The notes beneath the pieces were generated by a model, which was given only the letters and a program-made list of their open reading frames with translations, was not told the DNA's origin and made no database searches. A DNA stretch of 64,000 bases from assembly GCA_016182235.1 (NCBI GenBank), contig JACOXT010000003.1:130209-194208 (forward strand). The letters run 5' to 3'. The DNA comes from Candidatus Levyibacteriota bacterium (GTDB lineage Bacteria > Patescibacteriota > Microgenomatia > Levybacterales > UBA12049). Both the position numbers and the translations under genes were made by a program. Within the stretch, counting starts at the first letter, position 1. Each line of letters begins with the position of its first letter. Shown in pieces: positions 9,343-18,398 of the stretch.

Positions 9343-9500
9343 GAAGGAAGAAATTGCTGAAGCAATTTTGAAAGGGACAGGATTATATGGGAGGGAAAAT
9401 TTGGGCAGAGTCTGAGGGGATTGGTAAAGGTTCGAAGTTTAGTTTTACTTTAAAGACAGCTGAGGACGCACAAGAAATACAACATATAAAGACTCTATAA
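9343..9500 (+). pseudogene. Remnant of a histidine kinase C-terminus (HATPase_c fragment)
   Basis: 9387..9500 translates to MGGKIWAESEGIGKGSKFSFTLKTAEDAQEIQHIKTL, paralogous to the end of the kinase at 3338..4798. A shifted upstream frame reads KEEIAEAILKGTGLY, which indicates an internal deletion. There is no HisKA part. Confidence 0.7.
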
Positions 9501-9508
9501 TTTTTTTA

Positions 9509-9538
9509 TTGACAATAAGCTATTGTTTGTTCTATAGT
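9509..9538 (+). promoter_or_regulatory. sigma70 promoter TTGACA-18-TATAGT
   Basis: TTGACA at 9509-9514 and TATAGT at 9533-9538, upstream of the ATG at 9567. Confidence 0.55.
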
Positions 9539-9566
9539 AAGGCCGTTGAGTAATTAATCAACAAAA

Positions 9567-9857
9567 ATGGCAAATATAGAAGCACTTCGAGGGACAGCTT
9601 TGGAAACTGGTAGAGCAGAATCGACCTCTGTTAAGTGGGATTTTATTTCTACTTTTTCACCTAAACATGGAGCTGCTGTAGGTGAGTCATTAGGACCAGA
9701 AGCAATTGCCGGTCATTTAAAGGGTGAAAATGGTGATGCAATAAAAGTGGACCATTTTGATATGCAGCTTGATTCACTTGAAAAGATTATGTCAAACGTA
9801 TCTACACATGAGCCGGACGTAATTGGCATATCGGTCAAAATTGGAGCGCTTCAGTAA
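9567..9857 (+). CDS. N-terminal fragment (start of the B12-binding domain) of a B12-binding radical SAM enzyme, ending at an in-frame TAA
   Basis: ...HEPDVIGISVKIGALQ then TAA. The same frame continues open from 9858. Confidence 0.6.
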   Translation: MANIEALRGTALETGRAESTSVKWDFISTFSPKHGAAVGESLGPEAIAGHLKGENGDAIKVDHFDMQLDSLEKIMSNVSTHEPDVIGISVKIGALQ

Positions 9858-10019
9858 ACAGACCAAATTGTTAATGCTATCAATGATATCTCATGGAAAA
9901 AGGGACGAAAACCCCTACTCGTTTTAGGCGGTGTTGTTCCAACATTTGCTACATCTGATCTTTTACGTCGTTATCCGAAAACGATTTTAGCAACAGGTGA
10001 AGCTGAAGTCGCATCGCAA

Positions 10020-11252
10020 ATGATAGTTGAGGCTATACGAGGCGACAGAACTTTTGAAGAAATTCCTGGAGTTGCTTATATTAACGGTGACGGTAGGCTT
10101 GTTGCAAATCATCATAAATTGTGGCCGCAAGAAAACCTTCATTTGCCCGCAAGAATTACCACCAAACGAATTCATGATGAAGTCAAAGGGATGGTTTGGG
10201 CAGAAGATTCTCGTGGATGCGATTCTAATTGTACATTTTGTTCAAGACGCGGATTAAGAGGATCTGGATTTTCGGGAGATATGTCGCCAAAACGTGTTGC
10301 GGATGATCTGGAACAATTAAATAACATGGACATTTATAAAGTAAGTTTTACTGGCGATGATTTTGGTGGTGATCCAGAAAGGACATTTCGTATTGCTGAT
10401 GAAATTATACAAAGAGGAATTCGGATGGAGTGGTCTGTATCCACTCGAGCTGATCATGTTTTTGAAAGAAAAAATACTCCCGAACAAAACGCTCGATTAA
10501 AAGAAATAATGAAACATTGTGCAGAAGCAGGATTGACTCGTGTATTCTTAGGCTTAGAGTCCGGTTCACAGTCACAGTTGAAAAGATATGGTAAACAAAT
10601 AACTGTTGAAGAAAACTATAAGGCAATTGAAGTGCTTCGAGAGATAGATGTAGATGTAGTTGCGGGATATATGCCAATAGATTATCTTATGACGGTTACA
10701 GAATTGCGTGAAACGCTGGAGTTTCTAGAAAAGACAGGAATGGGCCTTAAAGTTTCAAACCCTCTTAGCGTGTTGCGTGTACAAGCCGGCAGTCCATATC
10801 TGAAGCTTATGAAGAATGAAGGTCTTTTAGGAGAAAAAACTGAGGATCTCGTATTTTATAAGGCACATTTTAAAGATCCAAGGATTGAACTTGTTGCTCA
10901 ACTGGCAGATAAGTGGGTGGAAGATTTGTATCCTTTAATCTTCGGATTAAAAGGAGAAGTTGCAACTGTAACTCTTGCAAAAGAAAATCAAAATAGTCCT
11001 GCCCGAAATGTAGAAACAACACTCCATGCGTTTCGTCGGCTAGAGTTAGAATTTCTCAAGGTTCTAGTTGGCAACTTGGAAGTAAGCGAAAGTATTGATC
11101 GCGATTCTGTCAACACAATCCGAGAAACTTTTGTAGAAAAAAGGCGCCAGCTTTTAGAAGGGGTTAAATCTCAACTTCTTATGGGCGCATATGGTGATAT
11201 TCAAACGTCCCGGTTGCTTAATTGTCTTAAAGAGGTTTCTCAGTATTGTTAG
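10020..11252 (+). CDS. B12-binding radical SAM enzyme, main part (same frame as 9567..9857; frame open from 9858)
   Basis: Codons 9858-10019 read TDQIVNAINDISWKKGRKPLLVLGGVVPTFATSDLL...ILATGEAEVA, the rest of the cobalamin-binding fold. Radical SAM cluster motif CDSNCTFC. Confidence 0.8.
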   Translation: MIVEAIRGDRTFEEIPGVAYINGDGRLVANHHKLWPQENLHLPARITTKRIHDEVKGMVWAEDSRGCDSNCTFCSRRGLRGSGFSGDMSPKRVADDLEQLNNMDIYKVSFTGDDFGGDPERTFRIADEIIQRGIRMEWSVSTRADHVFERKNTPEQNARLKEIMKHCAEAGLTRVFLGLESGSQSQLKRYGKQITVEENYKAIEVLREIDVDVVAGYMPIDYLMTVTELRETLEFLEKTGMGLKVSNPLSVLRVQAGSPYLKLMKNEGLLGEKTEDLVFYKAHFKDPRIELVAQLADKWVEDLYPLIFGLKGEVATVTLAKENQNSPARNVETTLHAFRRLELEFLKVLVGNLEVSESIDRDSVNTIRETFVEKRRQLLEGVKSQLLMGAYGDIQTSRLLNCLKEVSQYC

Positions 11253-11256
11253 GTTT

Positions 11257-11847
11257 TTATTTACTTCTATTCTGTACGTGAATGTATCCTGCCCATATAC
11301 ACGCTCTACTTGGTAAATCAACGATTTTACCCTCATCCATTAATTTAAATGCATCCTCAAATGTCATCTCTACTTTTTCAATGTTTTCATCTACGTCATG
11401 TTTATGGTCACCATGCAACAATCCTTCGGCAATATAAAAGTAATTATAACCTTCTTCATGAATACCGTTGTAATGCGTACTAACCAGTGTCCATTTTGTT
11501 GCAGATAAACCCACTTCTTCTTTGATCTCTCTTTTTGCTGCTGCTAAAGGATTAATGTCATTTTTTTCTTTCTTTCCCATCGGGACACCATATACAAGCC
11601 CATGGTTATGACGATATTCTTTTGTAAGAATTATGTTTCCTTCCCGAGTCAATGGTAAGATAAGAACGCCTTCTGGCGATTGGAGAATTTCATGAATTTC
11701 CTGTTGTCCATTAGCATGAATGACTGTATCTTCACGAATGGAAAATTCTGCAGTTTCGAATGTTACTCTAGAATGAACTTCATAAACCTTTTCTTTCATA
11801 ATTATTTTATTGGGCATGGTGTTTTGATAGGCTGGTTTTTTCAACAA
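11257..11847 (-). CDS. Nudix hydrolase (ADP-ribose pyrophosphatase-like)
   Basis: Nudix box GKKEKNDINPLAAAKREIKEEVGL. The 11847 start is TTG; ATG alternatives are at 11817 and 11799. Confidence 0.8.
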   Translation of the reverse strand: MLKKPAYQNTMPNKIIMKEKVYEVHSRVTFETAEFSIREDTVIHANGQQEIHEILQSPEGVLILPLTREGNIILTKEYRHNHGLVYGVPMGKKEKNDINPLAAAKREIKEEVGLSATKWTLVSTHYNGIHEEGYNYFYIAEGLLHGDHKHDVDENIEKVEMTFEDAFKLMDEGKIVDLPSRACIWAGYIHVQNRSK

Positions 11848-11930
11848 TAATCACATCGCATCTCTTGATTAACCTTTTCTTGCCGGCGAAAGAAGAGTGG
11901 AAATAAATTTTCATTTTCTTATAGGGGCTT

Positions 11931-11959
11931 ATTATACACGAAATATCCATTTCAGACAA
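11931..11959 (-). promoter_or_regulatory. Promoter TTGTCT-17-TATAAT (minus strand, TG directly upstream of the -10)
   Basis: Reverse complement of 11954-11959 is TTGTCT and of 11931-11936 is TATAAT. Confidence 0.5.
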
Positions 11960-12012
11960 TAAAATAAAGAAAGCAATGCAGAGACTTCAAAGAGGTCAGT
12001 ACTCAGATAATT

Positions 12013-12405
12013 CTATTTATATTTGTCAAGATATACCCTTACTTCCTCAACAAGATTTCCCGGGGTGATTTTACTTTTAATTAAATAGCCATTTCCCAGC
12101 TGCAAAGCTGCTTTAATTTCTTCGTCCTTGTCGAGATTTGTCAAGAAAATAACGCATTTGTTGGGATTTTGAGGAGACGGTTCACTTTTTATTCGCCTCA
12201 TGACCTCTAATCCATCTATTTTTGGCAAGATTATATCCAACAGAACTAGATCGTATCCCCCGAGTTTTATTTTTGAGAGAGCCTCTTCCCCATCTTCCGC
12301 CACATCAATCTGGTATCCTTCTGTTTTTAGGGTATCTATATATAATTCCCGTAGAAACAAATCATCCTCGACAATCAAAATTCTTCCTGTATTCATAAAA
12401 ATCAA
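12013..12405 (-). CDS. Single-domain response regulator (CheY-like receiver)
   Basis: ILIVEDDLFLRELY...DLVLLDIILPKIDGLEV...K. Confidence 0.85.
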   Translation of the reverse strand: MIFMNTGRILIVEDDLFLRELYIDTLKTEGYQIDVAEDGEEALSKIKLGGYDLVLLDIILPKIDGLEVMRRIKSEPSPQNPNKCVIFLTNLDKDEEIKAALQLGNGYLIKSKITPGNLVEEVRVYLDKYK

Positions 12406-12463
12406 TTAAAATTATGTATAATCTTATTGAATAGTATAGCATAAATATAGTATTATCTAAAAT

Positions 12464-12799
12464 ATGGGGAGTATTAATCTTTCTGATTATAAGGAGATAT
12501 ATTTTGAGACGGCAAGGGAATATGTTAAAAATTTATTCAAGAGCAGTGCTGAACTAGAGAAGGATTTTTCTAATATTGACGCATTAAAGCAGTTACATAT
12601 AAGCGCTCATTCATTAAGGAGTCAAAGTCATGTAATGAATTACATGAAAATTGCAGGTTTTGCGCAAAGTATTGAAAGTTCAGCAAGAAACTTGTTGGCT
12701 AATGATATTGAACTGGATAAAAGAACTTTTGATTCTATAAAAATTAATGTTAATAATTTGAACTCGGCTTTCACAGAGATTGAAAAAGAAGAAACATGA
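12464..12799 (+). CDS. Hpt (histidine phosphotransfer) domain protein
   Basis: LKQLHISAHSLRSQSHVMNY fits the HxxKG-type Hpt helix. 4-nt overlap with the downstream receiver gene. Confidence 0.6.
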   Translation: MGSINLSDYKEIYFETAREYVKNLFKSSAELEKDFSNIDALKQLHISAHSLRSQSHVMNYMKIAGFAQSIESSARNLLANDIELDKRTFDSIKINVNNLNSAFTEIEKEET

Positions 12800-13191
12800 A
12801 GATTTTACTTATAGAAGATGATAGATTTTTTCAAAAATTCTATGCGTCAAAACTTAAAGAGCAGAACATTGACGTTGATATCGCTTCTGATGGAGAAGAG
12901 GGGCTTTTAAAAATGAGAAACGGGATGCCGGATTTGATTTTACTTGATTTAATTATGCCAAAAATAGACGGCTTTTCGGTCCTTAAATCTAGGCTTCAAG
13001 ATCCAACTCTTGCAAAAATTCCAGTTATTGTATTCTCCACTTTGGGGCAGGAAAATGATGTGAAGTTTGCCAAATCTCTTGGAGCAAATGATTATATTAA
13101 TAAAAGTTTTTTTGACTTTGGAATTATGATGACAAAAGTCAATAATATTATGAAGATGTCAAGAGTCGAAAATATAATGAAAAGCTCATAG
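12796..13191 (+). CDS. Single-domain response regulator (receiver)
   Basis: ILLIEDDRFFQKFY...DLILLDLIMPKIDGFSVL. Confidence 0.85.
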   Translation: MKILLIEDDRFFQKFYASKLKEQNIDVDIASDGEEGLLKMRNGMPDLILLDLIMPKIDGFSVLKSRLQDPTLAKIPVIVFSTLGQENDVKFAKSLGANDYINKSFFDFGIMMTKVNNIMKMSRVENIMKSS

Positions 13192-13206
13192 TTATTTTAC
13201 TGCCCT

Positions 13207-14889
13207 ATGCTTATTTCGAATGATCAATTAAAATCGTTAATACTTAAGACTGGTCTTATTGATGAAAGAGGATACGCCAAAATTGAGGCAGAGGCAAAAA
13301 GCGCTGACAGAACAATTTCGGAAATCTTAATTGAAAGAGATGTAATCTCCGATGAGAATTTAGGCATATTAATCGGTGATTTTCTTAAGATCCCTTTTAT
13401 AGTTCTTGCAAAGACTGCGATAGCTCCAGATGTTTTTAATATAGTTCCAGAAAAAATGGCACGAAAGCAAAAAGTGATACCTTTTACTCGCGATAGTAGC
13501 GGAGTTAAGCTTGCGATGGCAGACCCTTTCAACAAAGAATTGGCTCAAATGATATCGAAAAAAATTGGCCTACCTGTTATCCCATATCTTGCTACAGAAC
13601 AAGATATTTACAACACTCTTCGGATATATAGAAAAGATTTACAAAAAACCTTTAACCTTATGGTAAAAAGTGAAATCGGGACAGGCGCAGGAACCATTAA
13701 TGACGTACCGATGACAAAAATTGTTGATTTATTGATAAACTATGCTTATCAAGATAAAGCTTCAGATATCCATATAGAGCCTGAGGAAAAAGATTCTCTG
13801 GTTCGATTTAGAATAGATGGAGTCTTACACGATGTTTTATTCTTGCCGAAAAATCTCCATGACCAGATAATTACAAGAATAAAAATTTTGTCTCGTCTTA
13901 GAACAGATGAGCATTTAAGCCCACAGGACGGAAAAATGAGAATGGTTTTGGAGGAAGAGGAAATTGATATCCGGGTTTCAATCCTCCCTGTTACTGAGGG
14001 CGAGAAGGCAGTTCTAAGACTTTTATCCTCAAGATTTAGAAAGTTTTCTCTTATGGATTTGGGGATGAACGAGAAAGATTTGAAAAAAGTTACGAATGCT
14101 TACAAAAAATCCTATGGAATGATTCTTTCAACGGGCCCTACCGGATCCGGAAAAACCACATCTATTTACGCAATTTTAAAAATATTAAATACAAGAGAGC
14201 AGAATATTACGACAATAGAGGATCCGGTTGAGTATAGAATAAAAGGCGTAAATCAGATTAATGTTAATGCTAAGACAAACCTGACTTTTGCAAGCGGTCT
14301 AAGATCTATTCTTCGGCAAGATCCTAATATAATTTTTGTTGGAGAAATTAGAGATAGCGAAACAGCCGGCATTGCGGTTAACGCTTCTTTGACAGGACAT
14401 TTAGTTCTATCTACCCTTCATACGAATGATGCGGCAACAGCACTGCCCAGACTTTTGGATATGAATATAGAGCCTTTCTTGGTAGCATCAACTATAAATG
14501 TAATTATTGCTCAAAGGCTTGTTCGCAGAATTTGCGAGATGTGCAAAGGCAGCATCTCTATTACAAAAGAGGAACTCTTGCAGAACCTTCCTTCAGATAT
14601 TATTGAAAAGCAAATTGGCAGTAAGAGAAGTGTTACTATTTATCAGGGAATCGGGTGCAAAATATGTCATTTTACTTCTTATTCCGGAAGAGTTGGGGTA
14701 TTTGAAGTTTTGGGTATGACCGAGGCCATAAGGGATTTGGTAGCAAAAAGAAGTAATGCAGATGTAATTTTACAAAAAGCAAAAGAAGAAGGAATGACGA
14801 CAATGCTGGACGATGGTTTGGAAAAGGTGCTAAAAGGAGTTACTACCATAGAGGAGATATTAAGAGTAACAAAGGTACAAATTAATTAA
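13207..14889 (+). CDS. pilB: Type IV pilus assembly ATPase (GspE/PilB family)
   Basis: Walker A GPTGSGKTT; Asp/His boxes; C-terminal CxxC...CxxC tetracysteine motif. Confidence 0.9.
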   Translation: MLISNDQLKSLILKTGLIDERGYAKIEAEAKSADRTISEILIERDVISDENLGILIGDFLKIPFIVLAKTAIAPDVFNIVPEKMARKQKVIPFTRDSSGVKLAMADPFNKELAQMISKKIGLPVIPYLATEQDIYNTLRIYRKDLQKTFNLMVKSEIGTGAGTINDVPMTKIVDLLINYAYQDKASDIHIEPEEKDSLVRFRIDGVLHDVLFLPKNLHDQIITRIKILSRLRTDEHLSPQDGKMRMVLEEEEIDIRVSILPVTEGEKAVLRLLSSRFRKFSLMDLGMNEKDLKKVTNAYKKSYGMILSTGPTGSGKTTSIYAILKILNTREQNITTIEDPVEYRIKGVNQINVNAKTNLTFASGLRSILRQDPNIIFVGEIRDSETAGIAVNASLTGHLVLSTLHTNDAATALPRLLDMNIEPFLVASTINVIIAQRLVRRICEMCKGSISITKEELLQNLPSDIIEKQIGSKRSVTIYQGIGCKICHFTSYSGRVGVFEVLGMTEAIRDLVAKRSNADVILQKAKEEGMTTMLDDGLEKVLKGVTTIEEILRVTKVQIN

Positions 14890-14897
14890 AGTGTCAA

Positions 14898-15950
14898 ATG
14901 AAAACAGAAAATATTACCCTTTCAAACAACGACAAGCTTAGCATATTAAGCGATCTTTCGACCATGCTTTCTGCTGGAATTCCTCTTCTTGAAAGCGTCA
15001 ATGCCCTGCTTGAAGACTCAAAAGGAAACCAGAGAAAACTTTTAGAGACTCTGCAAAGCGACCTGACTCAAGGCAAGCATGTGTACTTTACTTTTTCCAA
15101 ATTTCCAAATGTTTTTACAAAAGTTACAACAAATATTGTTAAGGCATCTGAAGAGGCTGGGACGCTAGATGTCACACTAAAGGATCTTAAAGATAATTTG
15201 AAAAAAGAGATAGAGTTCTCAGACAAAATAAAATCAGCTTTAGTGTATCCACTATTTATAGTTTTTGTTTTTTTCGGAGTACTACTTATGATTCTTATTG
15301 TGGTAATTCCTAAAATTTCCTCAGTCTTTTTAAGACTAAATGTTGAGTTGCCATTACCAACCAAGATGCTAATCTTTATGTCAAATGCGCTTTTGACTCA
15401 GACAATCCCTGTAGTGATAGGATTTGTATTATTCACTTTGGTACTGCTATTTCTTTACAAAAAAAATAAGTCATTTCTTTTAAACGCATTATTTAATTTG
15501 CCGCTTCTGTCTAGCTTGGCAAGAGATATTGATCTCACTCGCTTTTCAAGAAGCTTTTACCTTCTTCTTAACGCAGGTCTGCCAATTACAAATGCTTTGG
15601 AGCTGACAGAAGACGTTATTGTAAAAAAAGAGGTTGCAACTGCTGTCAGGCATGCTAGAGAAGCAGTGGTTGGAGGCAAGAAGCTTTCGGAAGGCTTCAA
15701 AGACAAAAAGAAGATTTTTCCCTCAATCGCAATAAGAATTACTGAGGCGGGAGAAAGAAGCGGAACTCTGGACAAATCCATGGTTGAGATTTCAGAATTT
15801 CTTGATTATCAAACAGGCAATCGCCTAAAAACAATAACCTCGCTTCTTGAACCAATCCTTATGGTTGTGATTGGAGGATTGGTTGGCGGAATGATGCTTG
15901 CGATTATTGCCCCCATATATGGACTTATTGGACAAATCGGACAAAGATGA
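14898..15950 (+). CDS. pilC: Type IV pilus platform protein (GspF/PilC family)
   Basis: Duplicated T2SF domain with three TM segments. Adjacent to pilB. Confidence 0.9.
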   Translation: MKTENITLSNNDKLSILSDLSTMLSAGIPLLESVNALLEDSKGNQRKLLETLQSDLTQGKHVYFTFSKFPNVFTKVTTNIVKASEEAGTLDVTLKDLKDNLKKEIEFSDKIKSALVYPLFIVFVFFGVLLMILIVVIPKISSVFLRLNVELPLPTKMLIFMSNALLTQTIPVVIGFVLFTLVLLFLYKKNKSFLLNALFNLPLLSSLARDIDLTRFSRSFYLLLNAGLPITNALELTEDVIVKKEVATAVRHAREAVVGGKKLSEGFKDKKKIFPSIAIRITEAGERSGTLDKSMVEISEFLDYQTGNRLKTITSLLEPILMVVIGGLVGGMMLAIIAPIYGLIGQIGQR

Positions 15951-16423
15951 AGATTTTTAAAGTTTTAAAAAGTGGTCGCGGGTTTACCTTAGTGGAATTG
16001 GGAATAGTAATTGGCATGCTCGCGACCCTTATTGGATTTGCGACAATAAGTTTGTTAAATGTTCAACAGAAGGCCTCTATAAATACAACAGTTCAAGTAA
16101 TAATAGCAGACTTAAAAGCACAACAAGCAAAAGCAATGATTGGAGACACAGAGGGTAGGCCAACACCTAGCCCATATGGCGTGCATCTTGACAATGATCA
16201 ATACGTCTTATTTTATGGCTCAACTTATTCATCAACTGAGACAACAAATTTTGTAGTTAAGCTTTCTGAAAATCTTGAATTTACAACCCCAAGTACAGAT
16301 ATTATTTTTTCTCAAACAACTGGCGAAATATCATCGCCAGTTTCAATAACAATTAGAAATACCAGTAGCGAAGAGAAAACAATTCAACTAAATAAGTACG
16401 GAGTGGTTACGGGAGTAAACTAA
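15947..16423 (+). CDS. Prepilin-type pseudopilin
   Basis: Leader and cleavage/methylation motif MKIFKVLKSGRG/FTLVELGIVIGML. Confidence 0.8.
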   Translation: MKIFKVLKSGRGFTLVELGIVIGMLATLIGFATISLLNVQQKASINTTVQVIIADLKAQQAKAMIGDTEGRPTPSPYGVHLDNDQYVLFYGSTYSSTETTNFVVKLSENLEFTTPSTDIIFSQTTGEISSPVSITIRNTSSEEKTIQLNKYGVVTGVN

Positions 16424-16424
16424 G

Positions 16425-18398
16425 ATGAAAAATCAAAAGGGACAGTCGTTAATTGAGATATTGATTGTAATAGGTTTGAGCGCGATTTTGTTGCCCGCGC
16501 TTCTCACTGGACTTGTCGCGTCTCGGGAAGGAAAAGCTCAAGATTCTCAAAGATCTCAGGCTTTAACTCTTCTAACAACGACTATAGAGGCAGCGCGCAG
16601 CGTACGCGAGAACGGTTGGGCTAGTTTTGCTATAAACGGTACATTTCATCCGGAAATTTCAGGGTCGTCTTGGACGCTTGTAGGAGGGAGTGATACTATA
16701 AATGGATTCACGAGAAAAATTGAGATTAGCGATGTAAACAGAGACTCAAATGGAACAATTGTTACAACTGGCGGAACTCTTGACCCATCAACTAAAAAAA
16801 TAGTAGCAACAATTTCATGGGGACTTCCTTATATTTCCTTAATTTCCGACACGCTTTATATGACCAGATATTTAGACAACAATGGCCATATAGATACTAC
16901 CACAAGTGATTTCACAATTGGAGCTACGCATACAAGCACAGTCACCCAAGATCCTCCGTCTGCAGATGGAGAGGTTATTTTGGGTGCTGGTGGAGGAGGA
17001 GGAAATTGGTGCACGCCAAGCGCATCAATTGTTGCACAAGATTTGCCCAAAAGTGGAGTGGCAAATGCGATTACAGCAATAGAGGGATCAGATGGAAATG
17101 TTATTGTATTTGCTGGTACGGGGGATAATTCTTCCGGTGTATCATTTGCAGATGTTGATATTGTTGGAGATACTCCGTCCATTTCTACTTCTATTCCTGC
17201 AACTTTTGATGGTTACAAAACTAACGCGGTTTTTGGAGAGAATGACTATTCATATCTTGCAACGGATAACAATTCAAAAGAAATAGTAATAATGAGCCTA
17301 ACTCAATTTAGCAATCCTCCTACAAATTCGAAATATCTGGAAGTTGGTTCAATTAATTTACCGGGAAACGTAAATGGAAATAGTATTTTTGTGGTCAACA
17401 ACAAAGCTTATGTCCTTTCTTCCAATAATAAGTTTTATATTTATAATCTTTCAGCTGATCGAACTTCTGCTACTCTTCAAAATACAGGAGGCCTTACGAT
17501 TTCAGGATCTGGCAAAAAAGTTTTGGTTGCAGAAGATTATGCGTATGTAGCAACTGGTGCAACATCAAATCAGTTCCAGATAATCAACGTAGAAAGTTCT
17601 TCAAGTCCAAATATTGCCGGACAAATAACTCTTGGATCATCCCAAACAGGAGTTGATATATATGTGAATACCAACATAGAGGAACCTTCTGTTGCTTATT
17701 TTGTAACTTCGTATTCAGCAGGTAATTCGAATGTATTTAAAATTAATATCTCAAATGAATCCAGCCCAGTGGTAGAAGGTAGTGGTTATAGCACGAATGG
17801 AATGAATCCTACAGGTATAACTGTTGTTACAGGGAATAAGGGAATAGTCGTAGGATCTGGGGGAACAGAACAATATCAAGTGTTTGATGTTGGAACTTTC
17901 GTTAAATGCGCAGGGCTAGTTTATTCCACAGGAATAAATGGTGTGTCGTCTGTTTTGAAAACCAGTGGATATGCTTATTCTTATATTATTACTGGAGATG
18001 CGAGCGCAGAGCTTAAAATAATTCTTGGAGGCGGCGGAAGCGGAACAACTTATGCTCCGGCAGGAAGTTTTATTTCAGATGCAGTAGATGCTCTTATTCC
18101 AACAGTATTTAATCGATTTGAATTTACAGTTACTCAGCCTTTGCAGACAACCATAGGATTTCAGGTAGCAGTTGCAAATCCTGCTCCAGATTGTGCAAGC
18201 GCAACCTATGAATTCATTGGTCCGGGTCTTACTTCTAATATAAGTGATGTATTTACAACCGGAAGTCCAGTACCAATACTAAGCAGTGGCTCTTATCAAA
18301 ATCCCGGTCAATGTTTTAAATATAAAGTTTATTTTACAACTGTTGATTCAAACCAAACACCAGTTTTATATGATTTTACACTAAATTATAGTCCATGA
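16425..18398 (+). CDS. Large (657 aa) pseudopilin with an LVIVD-like beta-propeller module; candidate tip adhesin
   Basis: N-terminus KG/QSLIEILIVIGLSAILL. Repeated blocks include DYSYLATDNNSKEIVIMSL..SNPP, NKAYVLSSNNKFYIYNLS, DYAYVATGATSNQFQIINVESSSSP and VAYFVTS...VFKINISNESSP. Confidence 0.7.
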   Translation: MKNQKGQSLIEILIVIGLSAILLPALLTGLVASREGKAQDSQRSQALTLLTTTIEAARSVRENGWASFAINGTFHPEISGSSWTLVGGSDTINGFTRKIEISDVNRDSNGTIVTTGGTLDPSTKKIVATISWGLPYISLISDTLYMTRYLDNNGHIDTTTSDFTIGATHTSTVTQDPPSADGEVILGAGGGGGNWCTPSASIVAQDLPKSGVANAITAIEGSDGNVIVFAGTGDNSSGVSFADVDIVGDTPSISTSIPATFDGYKTNAVFGENDYSYLATDNNSKEIVIMSLTQFSNPPTNSKYLEVGSINLPGNVNGNSIFVVNNKAYVLSSNNKFYIYNLSADRTSATLQNTGGLTISGSGKKVLVAEDYAYVATGATSNQFQIINVESSSSPNIAGQITLGSSQTGVDIYVNTNIEEPSVAYFVTSYSAGNSNVFKINISNESSPVVEGSGYSTNGMNPTGITVVTGNKGIVVGSGGTEQYQVFDVGTFVKCAGLVYSTGINGVSSVLKTSGYAYSYIITGDASAELKIILGGGGSGTTYAPAGSFISDAVDALIPTVFNRFEFTVTQPLQTTIGFQVAVANPAPDCASATYEFIGPGLTSNISDVFTTGSPVPILSSGSYQNPGQCFKYKVYFTTVDSNQTPVLYDFTLNYSP

